Shown here one piece after another: positions 61,796 through 64,000 of a DNA stretch of 64,000 bases. A model generated the notes under the pieces. It was not told the origin of the DNA. It worked only from the letters and a program-made list of their open reading frames with translations, and searched no databases. A program made the position numbers and the translations under genes. This stretch comes from a virus: IMG/VR virus record IMGVR_UViG_3300045141_000294; one strand, given 5' to 3'. The first letter of the stretch is position 1. Every line of letters begins with the position of its first letter.

Positions 61796-62095
61796 TCAGG
61801 CCTCCCGCTCGACGGTGATCTTCTGGGTGGGCTGGAAGACGATCGGTCGCAGGTAGCGGTACTGCGCCCAGGGCTGGCGGTTCTCCGGCAGGTCGTCGTA
61901 GTCGGTGAAGCGGACCCGGTAGGCGGTGTGGTGGGCGTAGGGCTTGATCTTCTCCACGCTCTTGACGGTGGCCTGGTAGACCCCCATCTCCTCGGCCCGG
62001 AGCATCTCCGGTCCGGGCAGGAAGTGGTCGCCGCTGGTGAGGCGGTCGATCTTGTCCCCCGGCTGTAGGTCGCGGGGCAGGACGGTGGTTCTCAT
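61796..62095 (-). CDS. hypothetical early protein
   Basis: First gene after a promoter module. Confidence 0.65.
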   Translation of the reverse strand: MRTTVLPRDLQPGDKIDRLTSGDHFLPGPEMLRAEEMGVYQATVKSVEKIKPYAHHTAYRVRFTDYDDLPENRQPWAQYRYLRPIVFQPTQKITVEREA

Positions 62096-62160
62096 GTGGC
62101 TCTCCTTGGCGAAGGCTGGTTGTTGGTACCACCCTACCATACCAAGAAAAGTGGGTGGGG
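62096..62160 (-). promoter_or_regulatory. conserved promoter + leader module (variant)
   Basis: TTCTTGGTATGG-TAGGGT..GGAGAGCCAC-ATG. Confidence 0.6.
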
Positions 62161-62385
62161 CTGGCCCAAGGCCTTAGAGGTCTTACTAGGTATTGACAGC
62201 CTTACTAGGCTCAAGGTCCTGGGTCCCCCCTGAAAGAACCAAGAACACCGGGGCGCCTACCCATCCGAGGGCGAAGCCCGAGGATAATTATGGTCTCCCT
62301 CCCGACCCGTCGCTATGAGTCGGATCGGCTCAACTCTTGCAGGAGCCCCAGACCACCCGCCCGTTCACGCATCGGGAGTGGACGC

Positions 62386-62850
62386 TCAGCCCGGGAAGTC
62401 GCTCTCCGGCCCGTACCCGTTCATGGCCTGGGAGCGGCTGTCCCGGAGCGTGGTCAGCATCTCGGCGATCATCGCGTCGACCTCCCTGGCCTGCATCCAC
62501 AGGTCCGGGAGCACCCCGGTCCCGTGAATCCGCTGGCCGATCAGGTGGGACGGGATGGCCAGGGTCACCCCGATCACCGGGACCAGGCCGCCGTCGGCCT
62601 GGGGAAGGATCGAGCCGGAGACCAGGTAGTCCACGGGCTCTCCCATCCGATGCACACCGATCGCCACCTGGACGAGTTCGGTCATCCGGGCCAGCAGGTC
62701 CGGGCTGGCCACCACCCCCTCGTGTACGGGCGGGGGAGGCCGCCAGAGACCACCTGGACCGATCAGGGGCTGTACGGGCTCTGACGGGGCTCCTGCGGAG
62801 TCCTGGGGGCCTTCCTGGGGCTCGCCCTGCTCCTGGTCGTCCTGGCTCAT
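62386..62850 (-). CDS. hypothetical protein
   Basis: Coupled ATG. Confidence 0.6.
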   Translation of the reverse strand: MSQDDQEQGEPQEGPQDSAGAPSEPVQPLIGPGGLWRPPPPVHEGVVASPDLLARMTELVQVAIGVHRMGEPVDYLVSGSILPQADGGLVPVIGVTLAIPSHLIGQRIHGTGVLPDLWMQAREVDAMIAEMLTTLRDSRSQAMNGYGPESDFPG

Positions 62851-64000
62851 CACTGGCTCCTGGTCTTGGCTCTGCCTCGTCTGATCGAGAGCATCTCCCG
62901 GCGCTCCATGGCCGTGATGTGGTCCTCTCCGGCGTCCCGCTCGTCCAGCAGGATGTCGTGCTGAGAGTTCCGGTCGATCATGTTCTTCGCGATGGTCTCC
63001 TCCACCGTCTCATGGGTGAAGAAGGTCATGCAGGTCACCGAGGCCGCCGTGGAGTCGATCCGGTGCACCCGGTTGATCCGCTGGGTCCGCATCGCGAAGG
63101 TCAGGGCGCTCTCGTACTCGACCACGTAGGTCGCCTGGGGCAGGTTGATCCCCCGGGCGCCAGCATCGGAGGACAGCAGCACCGCTGGACCGGCGAACTC
63201 CCGGAAGCCCTGCCGCTGGGTGCCGATGGTGTCCAGGTCCATCCCGCCGTAGGTCTCGAAGACCTTGAACTTCCGCTTCCGCAGGGCGACCGCCAGCAGC
63301 GGCAGGGTGGAGGGGCCGAAGAACGAGAACACCACCACCTTGGCGCCCTGGCCGTGCACCAGCGGCTCCAGGTAGTCCACCAGCCCCTGCTCCTTGACCG
63401 AGGAGACCGAGCGGAAGTAGTCCTCGCCCAGTTCCTCGACCAGCAGCCTGGCCAGTTGGGACTGGCCCTTGGTGGCCGAGTGGATGATCGAGGCCGGGTG
63501 GTTGACCACCATCCGCTTGATCGTGTGCAGACCGGGCACCGGCTCCTCCCCGGGCTCCTGGAGGTCGCAGCACATCTCGTACAGGGAGCGCTGGTCGTCG
63601 GGCAGGGTGAACCAGTGCGCCTCCTCGACCTGGGCCGGGAACTCGGCCATCACCTCCGGGTCGGTCTTGCGGACCCGCATGATCATCGGCGCCGCCAGCG
63701 CGGTGAACTTCGGCATCTCGGACTTGCGGTAGTGGGGCCGGTCGTAGGGGTCGCGTCCGGAGACGAACCACTCCTCGAACTCCTTGACCAGCGGCATCGA
63801 GGAAGGGTCGGCCAGCCGGAGTTGGCTGTAGGCGTCCTCGTAGTCCCGCTCGATCGGGGTGGCGGTCAGTTCCAGGACCCGGGTGGTGCCGGACTTCCGG
63901 AACCGGCCCAGGGACCGGAACCAGGACTTGTAGACGTCGGCCTGCCGGTTCTTGACCTTGGTCGACTCGTCGTAGACCACCAGCACCCGCTTGCCCTCGA
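62850..64000 (-). CDS. SNF2-family helicase, 5' end beyond window
   Basis: VYDESTKVKN, LTATPIE, SSDAGARGINL, QRINRVHR. Confidence 0.85.
   Translation of the reverse strand, partial: EGKRVLVVYDESTKVKNRQADVYKSWFRSLGRFRKSGTTRVLELTATPIERDYEDAYSQLRLADPSSMPLVKEFEEWFVSGRDPYDRPHYRKSEMPKFTALAAPMIMRVRKTDPEVMAEFPAQVEEAHWFTLPDDQRSLYEMCCDLQEPGEEPVPGLHTIKRMVVNHPASIIHSATKGQSQLARLLVEELGEDYFRSVSSVKEQGLVDYLEPLVHGQGAKVVVFSFFGPSTLPLLAVALRKRKFKVFETYGGMDLDTIGTQRQGFREFAGPAVLLSSDAGARGINLPQATYVVEYESALTFAMRTQRINRVHRIDSTAASVTCMTFFTHETVEETIAKNMIDRNSQHDILLDERDAGEDHITAMERREMLSIRRGRAKTRSQ

Noticed and set aside
7188-61805. Repeated GGAGGCCTGA(G)ATG at several gene junctions (7190, 9045, 13420, 61794)
   Set aside because: This is ordinary RBS-in-stop translational coupling and too short to indicate a dedicated element
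1-64000. Integrase, att site, IS elements or tRNA genes
   Set aside because: None recognised in this window; lifestyle (temperate or lytic) cannot be determined from it

Overview
This window is a 64-kb, GC-rich segment of a large tailed actinobacteriophage; no host housekeeping genes were seen, and almost all real genes are on the minus strand. Layout by coordinate: 1-21 kb holds dozens of small early/accessory genes, a collagen-like secreted protein, a tandem-EEP phosphodiesterase, an Lsr2-like protein, a DnaJ-type zinc-finger protein and a + strand SLT muramidase. 21-29 kb holds two His-rich polyvalent proteins (1371 and 1342 aa) with about 7 ADP-ribosyltransferase-like domains plus ParB-like, GNAT, 2H-phosphodiesterase and Pol-beta nucleotidyltransferase domains, separated by a recurring linker motif. 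29.7-38.7 kb holds the terminase, a DUF932-like protein, a sigma-region-4 HTH protein, RuvC, Cas4-like and Hjc-like nucleases and RecA. 38.7-50.5 kb is a replication module: DnaE, SSB, J-domain-like protein, primase, DnaB, DnaC-like loader and 5'-3' exonuclease, with a DnaA box nearby. 53.6-64 kb holds a holin and CHAP endolysin, DinG helicase, a Toprim plus GHKL-ATPase/peptidase module and a partial SNF2 helicase. From recall (not searched), the gene order resembles Bxz1-like (cluster C) mycobacteriophages and Rhodococcus phage E3. Best candidates for new biology: (1) the linker-punctuated polyvalent enzyme arrays next to the terminase; (2) a repeated early promoter/leader module and a structured intergenic RNA at 29.46-29.63 kb carrying both conserved leader boxes; (3) the Toprim + GHKL/HExxH module. 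All functional calls come from motif recognition by eye; no database searches were run.
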